Assembly: GCF_001904615.1 (NCBI RefSeq) | Contig: NZ_MRBY01000001.1 | Location: forward strand, 101,380 to 133,379 | Length of the DNA: 32,000 bases | Source of the DNA: [Limnothrix rosea] IAM M-220 | GTDB lineage: Bacteria; Cyanobacteriota; Cyanobacteriia; Cyanobacteriales; MRBY01 | Reading direction: 5' to 3' | Part shown: positions 1 through 8,363 of the stretch, in pieces | Layout: the number at the start of each line of letters is the position of its first letter | Position numbering within the stretch: position 1 is the stretch's first letter | Program-made: the position numbers and the translations under genes | Notes under the pieces: model-generated | Told to the model about the DNA's origin: nothing | Seen by the model: the letters and a program-made list of their open reading frames with translations, nothing else | Databases searched by the model: none

Positions 1-704
1 CGCAACGGGGAACGGCAGAGAAATTTTCGCCCTTTGAAAGTGATCCGATTACCGATACGCTCCACGAGCGACGGTTGATTTCGGTGATGGTGGTCGATAT
101 TCGCAATTTCACGGTATTTAGTCGTCGGGTGGATAACCATACTCTGTCTCTCACTGTCGGCACATGGTTTCGTCAGGCGGGAGAGATTATTAAAAATTCT
201 GGCAGTTGGGTCGATAAATATATTGGCGATGCGGTGATGTCTATTTGGTTCCATGGTGAGGAGGCGGTAGATCCTGAACAGTTGATCAATGTGTTTCAGG
301 CGGTGAGTGACCTGAATCAAATGACAACGGATTTGCAGCGTCAGCTTTCTTTGCCCTTTGATTTGAAAATTGGTGCAGGGATTAATACGGGCTATGCCAT
401 GGTGGGGAATACTGGCACGGGCGATCGCCCAGACTATACGGCTATTGGGGATACTGTTAATGCGGCATTTCGCCTAGAGTCTGCGACGAAACAACTGACT
501 GAGGATTTGGCGGTTGGGCGGGAAACCTTTGGTCATCTCTGTAAAGTAGCCAGTATTAAAGACCATTTTGTCGAGCATCAACTTTCTTTGAAAGGCTACG
601 ATCAATTATTTACTGCGTTTTGTGCGAGTTACGAAAATCTTGACTATGTCCTGCTTGACCATTTGGTGAAGGCTTCGCAGCGTAAATATCCCGGCTTGCA
701 CTAA
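1..704 (+). CDS. Class III adenylate/guanylate cyclase catalytic domain protein; 5' end lies outside the window
   Basis: The frame of ORF 75..704 stays open back to nt 3 (..DTLHERRLISVMVVDIRNFT), so the gene is truncated by the window edge. Motifs VVDIRNFT, KYIGDAVM and GINTGYAMVGNTG..DYTAIGDTVNAAFRLES are typical class III cyclase segments. Confidence 0.85.
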   Translation, partial: QRGTAEKFSPFESDPITDTLHERRLISVMVVDIRNFTVFSRRVDNHTLSLTVGTWFRQAGEIIKNSGSWVDKYIGDAVMSIWFHGEEAVDPEQLINVFQAVSDLNQMTTDLQRQLSLPFDLKIGAGINTGYAMVGNTGTGDRPDYTAIGDTVNAAFRLESATKQLTEDLAVGRETFGHLCKVASIKDHFVEHQLSLKGYDQLFTAFCASYENLDYVLLDHLVKASQRKYPGLH

Positions 705-802
705 TTGCTTGGTTGATTTTTCGTGGACTTTTTTGGGATATTGCGGTGACAAATGTTCTTTTTCTGGTCAGGTCTGTCCCTTGTGTGACAGGTTGAGTTT
801 TC

Positions 803-1477
803 CTATAGTTCAATCATTTCTAACTGAAAGACTTCAGCAAAGATATCTGGTAAATCCTGTCGTACTTGGGCGGTTGTAATCTCCGGTAAAAACTGCGCCA
901 AACTGCCGACCGGGCGATCGCCGATACCGCAGGGCACAATCTTGGTAAAACCCGTTAAATCAGGGCAAACATTAAGGGCAAACCCATGCATCGTAATCCA
1001 GCGCTTTACCTTAATGCCAATGGCTGCCACCTTACGACCCTCTACCCAAACCCCTGTTAGCCCTTCAAGGCGATCGCCCCGCAACCCATAAACTGCCAAT
1101 AGCTGGATAATGACCTCCTCTAGCTGGCGTAAATACCAATGCAAATCCCGTTGGTGGCGCTGCAAATTTAAAATAGGGTAACCCACCAATTGATCCGGGC
1201 AATGGTAAGTCACCTCACCACCCCGTTCCGTTCGATACAAGAGATTGGTGTCCTCTGTCGGGTCAAACCTCAAAAAAGCCTCATCGGATCCAGTGCCTAA
1301 AGTGTAGACCGGGGGATGCTCCAACAAAAGCAATCGATCTGGATAGTGGAAGCATTGCAAATGATTATCTACGAGTTCCCGTTGCCACTGCCAAGCCACA
1401 CCATAGGGAACCCGCGACCATTGCTTTACGAGACAAGGATTTAGTAAATGTTGCGTCTTACTACAGAGAATAGTCAA
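803..1477 (-). CDS. lipB: Octanoyltransferase (lipoyl(octanoyl) transferase) LipB
   Basis: Contains [41 protein letters not shown] (catalytic Lys region) and VPCGI (catalytic Cys region). The start is a TTG at 1477 and the exact start is uncertain. Confidence 0.9.
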   Translation of the reverse strand: MTILCSKTQHLLNPCLVKQWSRVPYGVAWQWQRELVDNHLQCFHYPDRLLLLEHPPVYTLGTGSDEAFLRFDPTEDTNLLYRTERGGEVTYHCPDQLVGYPILNLQRHQRDLHWYLRQLEEVIIQLLAVYGLRGDRLEGLTGVWVEGRKVAAIGIKVKRWITMHGFALNVCPDLTGFTKIVPCGIGDRPVGSLAQFLPEITTAQVRQDLPDIFAEVFQLEMIEL

Positions 1478-1616
1478 GAGATACTATCGATAATTACAAA
1501 ACGTCAAAAGAGGCTCCATCTTTCCCCCAGAAATGTTAGCGTTTGGACGGCTAATTCGTAAAGGATTAAGAACTGTAAAAGCAACGATGCTTTCTTAAAG
1601 TTTCAGACTTGATAAA

Positions 1617-1646
1617 TTGACAAGCTTCAATTGTAAAAAATATAAT
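1617..1646 (+). promoter_or_regulatory. Sigma70-type promoter: TTGACA (1617..1622), 18-nt spacer, TATAAT (1641..1646)
   Basis: Both hexamers match the consensus perfectly and point toward hpf. This predicts a leader of roughly 365 nt before the hpf ATG at 2019. Confidence 0.55.
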
Positions 1647-2018
1647 TAGAGCTGTAGAGGTCAAATAAAAACAACATTGATTTATCGACTTACGCCATTA
1701 AATTTGTTGTTTTCAATATCTAGAGAATAAATCAGGTAAAGATAAACTATATTAACACTATGGATAGTGTTTGCCTGAATTGAAAATGACATACTGAGCT
1801 GTATTTTCGTCCCAAGATGTGATTACTGAACTAAAGTTGTTTTTGATTTGGATATAGTATTTTGCCGCCCAATTTAGACTTAGCTATATGCTAAGTAAGA
1901 ACTCTACAAGAGCATTTTGAGTTATGATTAATATAGTTCTAGATCCATGGCAACTTTTCTCTAAGATCTCTCCCGAAATGCACTTATGACAACTATTAGG
2001 ATGGAGTAACCTCATATT

Positions 2019-2600
2019 ATGAAGCTATTGATCCAAGGCAACAACATTACCGTTACAGAATCAATCCATGATTACGTTGAAAGTAAGGTGGAAAAGGCAA
2101 CAAAGCATTTTCAAACCTTTGCAACGAAGGTGGATGTTCATTTATCTGTTGCGAATAATGCCCGTGTAAATTCCAAGCATAAGGCAGAAGTTACAGTCTA
2201 TGCTAATGGCACGGTAATTCGGGCACAGGAAAGTAGCGAAAATCTCTATGCTAGTATCGATTTAGTTTCTGATAAAATTACACGGCAGCTTCGTAAATAT
2301 AAGGAGAAAAAGATCGGTAAAAAGATCCATGCTCAGGAAAAAACTGCTGAGCTTTTACCGACTGATTCGGTGCCACAGGATCTAATTGGCGATCGCGCCC
2401 CAGAGCTGCCTAGCGAAGTGGTACGCATGAAGTATTTTGCAATGCCACCAATGGCTATTGATGAGGCTTTGGAGCAACTGCAACTGGTCGACCATGATTT
2501 TTATATGTTTCTGAATAAAGAAACTGAAGAAATCAATGTGATCTATGCACGCAACCATGGTGGATATGGTGTTATTCAACCTCGTGAAGCGAAGGAATAG
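2019..2600 (+). CDS. hpf: Ribosome hibernation promoting factor, long form (cyanobacterial LrtA)
   Basis: The N-terminus [31 protein letters not shown] is a YfiA/HPF fold. The C-terminal dimerisation domain [33 protein letters not shown] is present. AGGATGGAG lies upstream of the ATG. Confidence 0.92.
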   Translation: MKLLIQGNNITVTESIHDYVESKVEKATKHFQTFATKVDVHLSVANNARVNSKHKAEVTVYANGTVIRAQESSENLYASIDLVSDKITRQLRKYKEKKIGKKIHAQEKTAELLPTDSVPQDLIGDRAPELPSEVVRMKYFAMPPMAIDEALEQLQLVDHDFYMFLNKETEEINVIYARNHGGYGVIQPREAKE

Positions 2601-2620
2601 TTTTGCTGAATTTTGCTGAA
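2601..2620. repeat. Perfect tandem duplication TTTTGCTGAA x2 immediately after the hpf stop codon
   Basis: Read directly: 2601..2610 is identical to 2611..2620. Confidence 0.95.
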
Positions 2621-2660
2621 TTATTGATTCGGTGATGACATGTTTGGTAAGTAAAGTGGG

Positions 2661-2695
2661 AGGAACGACCGAGTTTAGGGTTGTTCCTTTTTTTT
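2661..2695 (+). terminator. Intrinsic terminator of hpf
   Basis: AGGAACGACC (2661..2670) pairs with GGTTGTTCCT (2679..2688) over 10 bp including one G-U, followed by a T run. It overlaps the last codons of the convergent gene 2675..3478. Confidence 0.6.
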
Positions 2696-3478
2696 GTGCC
2701 GATTGAGGGTAATGGATTCTCCCCTAGTGATGTTGAGTTTTTGTTGGGCGCTATTTTGGTTGGCGCTAATTTCTAGCCAGCCGTGGCTTCCTTCTAGGAT
2801 GCAAAGGTGATTGATCTGAACATCGCTGTAGGTCGTGACGTGGGCAATGGGGCGATCGCCGTAAAATACCTTTGCCCCAAGGTGAGACGCAGCGTGATTT
2901 GGGATATTCGTAATTAAATTACCGAAGTGGTCGATATGTTGGATGACACCCCTTAACTGGTCTTGGGTAAGGGTATGGGGTGGTAATTTTAGCTGGACAA
3001 GGTCGGCGATCGCCACTGATGACCCCAATGCACAGATCGGTACACCTTGGGCGAGGTGGGCTGCCACAGGGGCAAAAATATCTCTACCGTGGAATGTCTG
3101 ACTTGGTTTGCGGTTTTGATCACGCCAATATTTCGTGTTCTCTAATGTGACGGCGGCGATCGCCTCAAAAATATCCCATAGACCACTGGCCAAGCCATTG
3201 TCCGGGCCAACAAAAAAACCCTCTTTAAACTGAATTGCCACACCGCGACGCTGACTGCCTACCCCCGGATCGACAACACCTAAAAAAATAGTACCAACCG
3301 GAAAGTAGGGAGCGCCATTCAGTAGGCAAAAGCGTCCAGCCCAAAGATCCTGGGGCGGAATATCGTGGGTGAGGTCAATGCAATGGGCTGCTGGGGCAAT
3401 GGTGGCGATCGCCGCCTTCATCATTCCGACATAGCCGTCCCTTAACCCAAAGTCAGTGAGTAAAGCAATGAATCTCAT
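2675..3478 (-). CDS. SAM hydroxide adenosyltransferase family protein (DUF62, chlorinase/fluorinase-like fold)
   Basis: Contains MRFIALLTDFGLRDGYVG, VVDPGVGS and GPDNG. I place the start at ATG 3478 (MRFIALL), because family members start just before the LTDFG motif. The track start at 3505 would add 9 residues. Confidence 0.85.
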   Translation of the reverse strand: MRFIALLTDFGLRDGYVGMMKAAIATIAPAAHCIDLTHDIPPQDLWAGRFCLLNGAPYFPVGTIFLGVVDPGVGSQRRGVAIQFKEGFFVGPDNGLASGLWDIFEAIAAVTLENTKYWRDQNRKPSQTFHGRDIFAPVAAHLAQGVPICALGSSVAIADLVQLKLPPHTLTQDQLRGVIQHIDHFGNLITNIPNHAASHLGAKVFYGDRPIAHVTTYSDVQINHLCILEGSHGWLEISANQNSAQQKLNITRGESITLNRHKKKEQP

Positions 3479-3489
3479 CTTGTGTTTTT

Positions 3490-3503
3490 GTAACATTAGA
3501 TAC
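3490..3503. promoter_or_regulatory. NtcA-type palindromic box GTA-N8-TAC (GTAACATTAGATAC)
   Basis: This is a perfect match to the GTAN8TAC consensus in the 88-bp divergent spacer. TATTTT (a TAN3T -10 candidate) lies at 3523..3528, 19 nt downstream. About 8 chance matches are expected in 32 kb, so this is only suggestive. Confidence 0.35.
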
Positions 3504-3566
3504 AAGTTGCCCTCTACTTTGTTATTTTAAAAGAAGTCCGACTCCACAAGAAAAAGGCGAAAAAGA

Positions 3567-3731
3567 ATGCTAAATATCAAACAAAATCGTAATAAGCAGG
3601 TTAAGGAAGCTCACCGTAACTATCTGCAACGTCATCTAAAACACCGCCTTGAAGCCGCCCGTAACCAAGGCAATGAATCCCTAATTCTCCAACTCCAAGA
3701 CGAAGCACGTTATTTACATATCAATATTTAA
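3567..3731 (+). CDS. Small basic helical protein, 54 aa (MLNIKQNRNKQVKEAHRNYLQRHLKHRLEAARNQGNESLILQLQDEARYLHINI); possibly PirA-like
   Basis: This ATG-to-TAA ORF falls below the track's length cut-off. An AAGG lies 13 nt upstream and a bidirectional terminator hairpin lies ~90 nt downstream. The resemblance to the PII-interacting regulator PirA is from memory only. Confidence 0.5.
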   Translation: MLNIKQNRNKQVKEAHRNYLQRHLKHRLEAARNQGNESLILQLQDEARYLHINI

Positions 3732-3816
3732 CGCTTTCTCTAGTCTGTCAGCGACTGAGGCGATCGCCCAACAGCAAATAACTTCTACCCATGCTGAAAT
3801 TTAAAATTAACACGAA

Positions 3817-3845
3817 AAAAGGAGCACCCAAAGGAGGCTCCTTTT
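3817..3845. terminator. Bidirectional hairpin terminator
   Basis: AAAAGGAGC (3817..3825) pairs with GCTCCTTTT (3837..3845) over 9 perfect bp with an 11-nt loop. An A run precedes it and a T run follows, so it reads as a terminator on either strand. Confidence 0.55.
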
Positions 3846-4189
3846 CATTTGCCAGAACCTAGCACATTGCGATAGTCATCGTTGGCAAGATTAGTAAACG
3901 CTTGACAAGTTAAACCCTGACAAAATAAGGCTTTAAGACCTGCTAGATGTCTTAACTTCGATGGCCTTCGCTATAAAGTAGACTCATTCCGAATAAATCC
4001 TCAAAAGTCTCCCACACCCTTCCTTGGAGAAGCATTTCGTATAAAGAAGGGGTTTCAGAAAGCTACCCCACTCACACTAATTTCCCCTTAGACCCTAGCG
4101 AAAAAAAGAATTCTATTTCTTATTCGAAACTACCGAATATTACGCCAACGAAAATATTGCGCCAACGAGAAGTCGGTGATGACTTTTGA

Positions 4190-5353
4190 CTATTTACCCA
4201 TGCCCAACTTTTGGGCCTTTTGGTAAACCTTCCCTTCCGTCAAAAGAGAGGGCGCAACAACAACTTCAACCCCTTGCATCTCCTTAATATTTTTTGCACC
4301 GAGAGTACCCATACTAGTTTTGAGAGCACCCAAAAGATTATGCGTGCCATCATCCAAAGTTGCCGGACCCGTCAAAATTTGCTTAATGCTGCCAGTCGTT
4401 CCGACATTAATTCTGGTACCACGGGGTAAAACTGGGCTAGGTGTCGCCATTCCCCAATGGAAACCACGACCCGGAGCCTCAGCAGAACGGGCAATGGGAG
4501 AACCAATCATGACACCATCAGCACCAGAAGCAATACATTTACAAATATCCCCCCCAGTCACGATGCCACCATCCGCAATAATTGGAACATATTTGCCAGA
4601 TTCTTTTTGATAATCATCCCGTGCACCTGCACAATCCGCCACCGCTGTTGCCTGAGGAACACCCACACCCAGAACACCACGAGAAGTACAAGCCGCACCA
4701 GGACCAATGCCAACGAGAACCGCCGCTGCACCAGCACGCATTAATTCGAGGGCAACATCATAGGTGACACAATTACCGAGAACCACAGGCATCGGCATAT
4801 CGTCACAGAGTTGCTTGAGATTAAGGGGCGTAATGCCTTCCGGGGAGAGGTGAGATGTCGAAACCACCGTCGCCTGAATAAATAAAATATCTGCGCCAGC
4901 TTCTGCGACCACTTTGCCATATTTGGTGGCACCGACAGGGGTAAGGCTAACGGCAGCTAAGCCCTTTTGAGATTTGATTTCTTGAATGCGCTCAGTAATT
5001 AATTCTGGCTTAACGGGTTCAGAATATAGTTCCTGCATCAGCTCGACAAACCCTGATTTGTCCACTGCTGCGATGCGATCAAGAATTGGGTTGGGGTCGC
5101 TGTAGCGAGTCTGAATACCCTCTAGATTCACGACACCTAATGCACCAAGCTCAGAAAGGAGCACGGCCATTTTGACATCTACGACACCATCCATTGCACT
5201 GGCCAGAATCGGGATGCTCAGCTCGATATCGCCGATTTTAATACTGGTATCAGCTAACTCTGGATCTAAGGTTCGACCACCCGGTACGAGGGCAATCTCA
5301 TCAAATCCGTAAGCACGACGAGCTGTTTTGCCACGACCAATCTGAATATCCAC
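4190..5353 (-). CDS. GuaB3-type IMP dehydrogenase-related protein (387 aa, no CBS insert)
   Basis: Shows a TIM-barrel IMPDH/GMPR signature: GIGPGAACTSR (catalytic Cys loop), IIADGGI and GADGVMIGS. Confidence 0.85.
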   Translation of the reverse strand: MDIQIGRGKTARRAYGFDEIALVPGGRTLDPELADTSIKIGDIELSIPILASAMDGVVDVKMAVLLSELGALGVVNLEGIQTRYSDPNPILDRIAAVDKSGFVELMQELYSEPVKPELITERIQEIKSQKGLAAVSLTPVGATKYGKVVAEAGADILFIQATVVSTSHLSPEGITPLNLKQLCDDMPMPVVLGNCVTYDVALELMRAGAAAVLVGIGPGAACTSRGVLGVGVPQATAVADCAGARDDYQKESGKYVPIIADGGIVTGGDICKCIASGADGVMIGSPIARSAEAPGRGFHWGMATPSPVLPRGTRINVGTTGSIKQILTGPATLDDGTHNLLGALKTSMGTLGAKNIKEMQGVEVVVAPSLLTEGKVYQKAQKLGMGK

Positions 5354-5724
5354 TCTGACTCCTTAAATGATTGCCAAAACTAAAATGTGTCAATCTAGGA
5401 TAACTGATTGTTTGCATTTTCCCGCAAAAAAACTTCTCAGATTAGTTGATCTCTCTGAGGATGAAATTTTTAAGGCGATCGCCATGGAATTAAACGATTT
5501 GAAACCTCTACAATCTTCGTGAACTACACCGCAGTGGATGTTGTAATAATCGTAAATAGATGAAAAAAATCGTTGAGATAGACTTTTCTTTTATTGAGAA
5601 GATGCAAAAAAATACGAAATGACCTACCCCTCAAAATAACATCGAGACCCATAAACTAATATTAACTGTCTCTTGCATTAAAAAAGATGACAATTTCTGT
5701 AAAAAAAGGGAAAAACGTTTATAC

Positions 5725-5744
5725 AAGCCCAAGGCCTTGGGCTT
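5725..5744 (-). terminator. Perfect 20-bp palindrome AAGCCCAAGGCCTTGGGCTT just downstream of the 5751..5990 gene
   Basis: It starts 7 nt after the stop codon. On the minus strand T-rich sequence follows (GTATAAACGTTTTTCCCTTTTTTTT), but not immediately. Confidence 0.5.
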
Positions 5745-5750
5745 AATATT

Positions 5751-5990
5751 TTAAGTCAAGTAAATTCCCGGTGCGTAGGCCTCAATAACATTACCTGTTT
5801 CTTTGCAACTAACAAGAAAATAGTCACAAGTCTGACAAGCTGTTTCCACTAGTCCAGACTGTAAAACATGTTTGCGTGTCGCACTGGAACCACAGTTTGG
5901 GCAAAGAATGTTGAGGCAGTTGCCGATATCCGTAGCCTTGATTTCATTTACAGCGGATTGTTGCTTTTGCTTTTTACGGATAGTTTTCAT
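5751..5990 (-). CDS. Small zinc-ribbon-like protein (79 aa), function unknown
   Basis: Has CxxC...CxxC spacing (CPNC ... CQTC) and a basic N-terminus. No competing ORF is present, and the palindromic hairpin follows the stop. Confidence 0.6.
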   Translation of the reverse strand: MKTIRKKQKQQSAVNEIKATDIGNCLNILCPNCGSSATRKHVLQSGLVETACQTCDYFLVSCKETGNVIEAYAPGIYLT

Positions 5991-6270
5991 AAACAGTTAT
6001 TGATATACAAAATATTGATCCCTCTTATATATTGCTGCATTATTTATGCTTTTATCACCGGACTTAAGGTAGATTTAACCTTCCCGATCGGTAGATTTTT
6101 TTCTTTCTTCCTCACAAAAAGTAATTTTGTCGCTTGATATTCTTCTCCCTTTTAGAATTAATTAATCGGTGAGTCATCATTATTTTCTTAATTTGTTTGT
6201 GGTGAATGGACGGAAGCGGATGGGATAAGATGACGGGCGATAAATATTTAACGAAAACTTAATTTTTTTT

Positions 6271-7107
6271 ATGGGTAATTTCATTTGGAAAGTCGCGAAG
6301 AGTTATGAGGACATTTTCTACCACAAGGCTGCTGGCATTGCGAAGATCACGATTAACCGTCCCCATAAGCGGAATGCCTTTCGTCCACAAACGGTGTTTG
6401 AAATGTATGAGGCTTTTTGTGATGCGAGGGAAGATCAAAGCATTGGTGTGATTTTATTGACTGGTGCTGGTCCCCATACGGATGGCAAGTATGCTTTTTG
6501 TGCGGGGGGGGATCAGTCAGTGCGCGGCGAGGGAGGCTACGTTGATACTGACGGTGTACCGAGGCTGAATGTTCTGGATTTACAGAAACTTATTCGCTCA
6601 ATGCCAAAGGTTGTGATTGCATTGGTGGCTGGTTATGCGGTGGGTGGTGGCCATGTGTTGCATATGTTGTGCGACCTAACGATCGCCGCCGATAATGCAA
6701 TTTTTGGTCAGACGGGCCCCAAAGTGGGCAGTTTTGATGGTGGGTTTGGTGCGAGCTATATGGCAAGGATTGTGGGTCAAAAAAAGGCACGGGAAATTTG
6801 GTTCCTCTGCCGTCAGTATGATGCGCAGCAGGCGTTAGAGATGGGTCTGGTCAATACGGTTGTGCCTGTAGAGCAGCTTGAGCAGGAGGGGATTCAGTGG
6901 GCGCAGGAAGTCCTTACTAAAAGCCCCATTGCTATCCGTTGTCTCAAGGCTGCCCTCAATGCTGATTGTGATGGTCAGGCTGGTCTACAAGAGCTGGCGG
7001 GGAATGCGACGATGCTTTATTACATGACGGAAGAGGGTCGCGAAGGAAAACAGGCTTTTCTGGAGAAGCGATCGCCTGATTTCCAGCAATACCCTTGGCT
7101 ACCGTAG
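6271..7107 (+). CDS. menB: 1,4-dihydroxy-2-naphthoyl-CoA synthase (phylloquinone pathway)
   Basis: Crotonase-fold MenB hallmarks are present: [53 protein letters not shown] and a C-terminal FLEKR. Confidence 0.93.
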   Translation: MGNFIWKVAKSYEDIFYHKAAGIAKITINRPHKRNAFRPQTVFEMYEAFCDAREDQSIGVILLTGAGPHTDGKYAFCAGGDQSVRGEGGYVDTDGVPRLNVLDLQKLIRSMPKVVIALVAGYAVGGGHVLHMLCDLTIAADNAIFGQTGPKVGSFDGGFGASYMARIVGQKKAREIWFLCRQYDAQQALEMGLVNTVVPVEQLEQEGIQWAQEVLTKSPIAIRCLKAALNADCDGQAGLQELAGNATMLYYMTEEGREGKQAFLEKRSPDFQQYPWLP

Positions 7108-7319
7108 GAGCCCATGAAATGTGATCTCCAAGCCAAAGGAAATGCAGCGGCGATCGCCCCTACCGTAAAGAATCGTTACCTATAAACGATGCCAATTTGG
7201 TAAAGTAGGTTCTGATATAAAACTGGATAGCTTGTCCTTATTAGATCCCAGACTTTTTAAAACACCAGTGGACCGGACAAGAGGTCCCGCCCTGAGATTG
7301 ACAAAAAACGAGGTTAGTC

Positions 7320-8159
7320 ATGAAGTTACGTTCGTTATTAGCAGCCTTTTTGGCTCTATGTATCGGCGTTCTGACGGCAGCATGTAGCGAAACTCCTGAC
7401 GCTGCGTCCGTAGACGTCCAAAAATTAACATATGACCAAATTTTGAACACAGGTTTAGCCAATTCCTGCCCCCAAATTGCTGAGTTTACCCGTGGTTCTA
7501 TTCCCATTGAACCGGGGCAAACAATCGAATTTTCTGACCTCTGTTTAGAGCCTCAGACTTATTTCGTTAAGGAAGAGCCGCTCAATAAGCGTCGTGATGC
7601 AGAATTTGTCGAAGGCAAAATGCTGACTCGTTACACGTCTTCCCTTGAGCAAATGACTGGTGAAATTCTTGTCGACGAAGATGGCATTATGACATTCAAG
7701 GAATTGGATGGCATCGACTTCCAGCCAGTGACGGTGCAGCTGCCCGGTGGTAAGCAAGTGCCTTTCCTCTTTACCATTAAGAACCTAGTGGCGAAGACCC
7801 TCACGCCTTCTGATTCCATCAATACTTCCACTGATTTTGTGGGAGAGTTTAGAGTGCCTCCTTATCGTGGAGCCGTTTTTCTTGATCCCAAGGCTCGTGG
7901 TGCTGCTAGTGGCTATGACAATGCTGTTGCTCTCCCTGCCCAGGCAGATGTTGATGATTTAACTCGTGCCAATATTAAGCAGTACGATACTCGTACTGGA
8001 GAAATTTCTCTACAAATTGCCAAGATTGATGAGAAAACGGGTGAAATTGCTGGCACTTTTGAAAGTGAGCAAACTTCATCGACTGATATGGGGGCCGAGG
8101 ATCCTGAGGAAGTTCGTATTCGTGGTATTTTCTATGCCCGTCTCCAACCGGCTGCTTAG
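7320..8159 (+). CDS. psbO: Photosystem II manganese-stabilising protein PsbO
   Basis: A signal peptide is followed by LTYDQILNTGLANSCPQI, GIDFQPVTVQLPGG, VPPYRGAVFLDPKARG and EIAGTFESEQTSSTDMGA. Confidence 0.95.
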   Translation: MKLRSLLAAFLALCIGVLTAACSETPDAASVDVQKLTYDQILNTGLANSCPQIAEFTRGSIPIEPGQTIEFSDLCLEPQTYFVKEEPLNKRRDAEFVEGKMLTRYTSSLEQMTGEILVDEDGIMTFKELDGIDFQPVTVQLPGGKQVPFLFTIKNLVAKTLTPSDSINTSTDFVGEFRVPPYRGAVFLDPKARGAASGYDNAVALPAQADVDDLTRANIKQYDTRTGEISLQIAKIDEKTGEIAGTFESEQTSSTDMGAEDPEEVRIRGIFYARLQPAA

Positions 8160-8196
8160 TGCATAGGTGATTTTTTTAGACAATTTAGTTTAATCG

Positions 8197-8221
8197 AGGG
8201 GCGATCGCCCCTTTTTTTTTT
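8197..8221 (+). terminator. Intrinsic terminator of psbO built around a HIP1 site
   Basis: AGGGGCGATCGCCCCT is a perfect self-complementary stem and is followed by 10 T residues. Confidence 0.8.
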
Positions 8222-8363
8222 GCTAATTTGCAGGAAATTCTCAGGGAGGCTCCATGATTTTTGTACGGCTGCTCGCTAGGATAGACGAAGAAAGAGATAT
8301 ATAAATAAAGGGATTGCAGTACTACCATTCGCCACTCCACGATATCTGGGCTCAGCAATTGCC

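Noticed and set aside
1924-1989. 21-codon upstream ORF (MINIVLDPWQLFSKISPEMHL) in the hpf leader
   Set aside because: It has no RBS, and short ORFs of this size are expected by chance in 540 bp of AT-rich DNA. It is noted only as something ribosome profiling could test.
3950-4090. GGAAGG/CCTTCC-containing stretch examined as a possible glutamine (glnA-type) riboswitch near the candidate PirA-like gene
   Set aside because: I could not reproduce the conserved glnA RNA core or its pseudoknot pairing on either strand.
4211-4932. Cluster of track ORFs (4211..4429, 4320..4610, 4457..4744, 4582..4767 on plus; 4741..4932 on minus) overlapping the GuaB3-like gene
   Set aside because: All lie antisense or out of frame within a gene with strong IMPDH motifs. 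Their products are low-complexity (Pro/Thr/His/Arg-rich) and have no start context.
7241-7507. 88-aa minus-strand ORF overlapping the psbO start
   Set aside because: It is antisense to the psbO signal peptide and 5' UTR and has no recognisable features.
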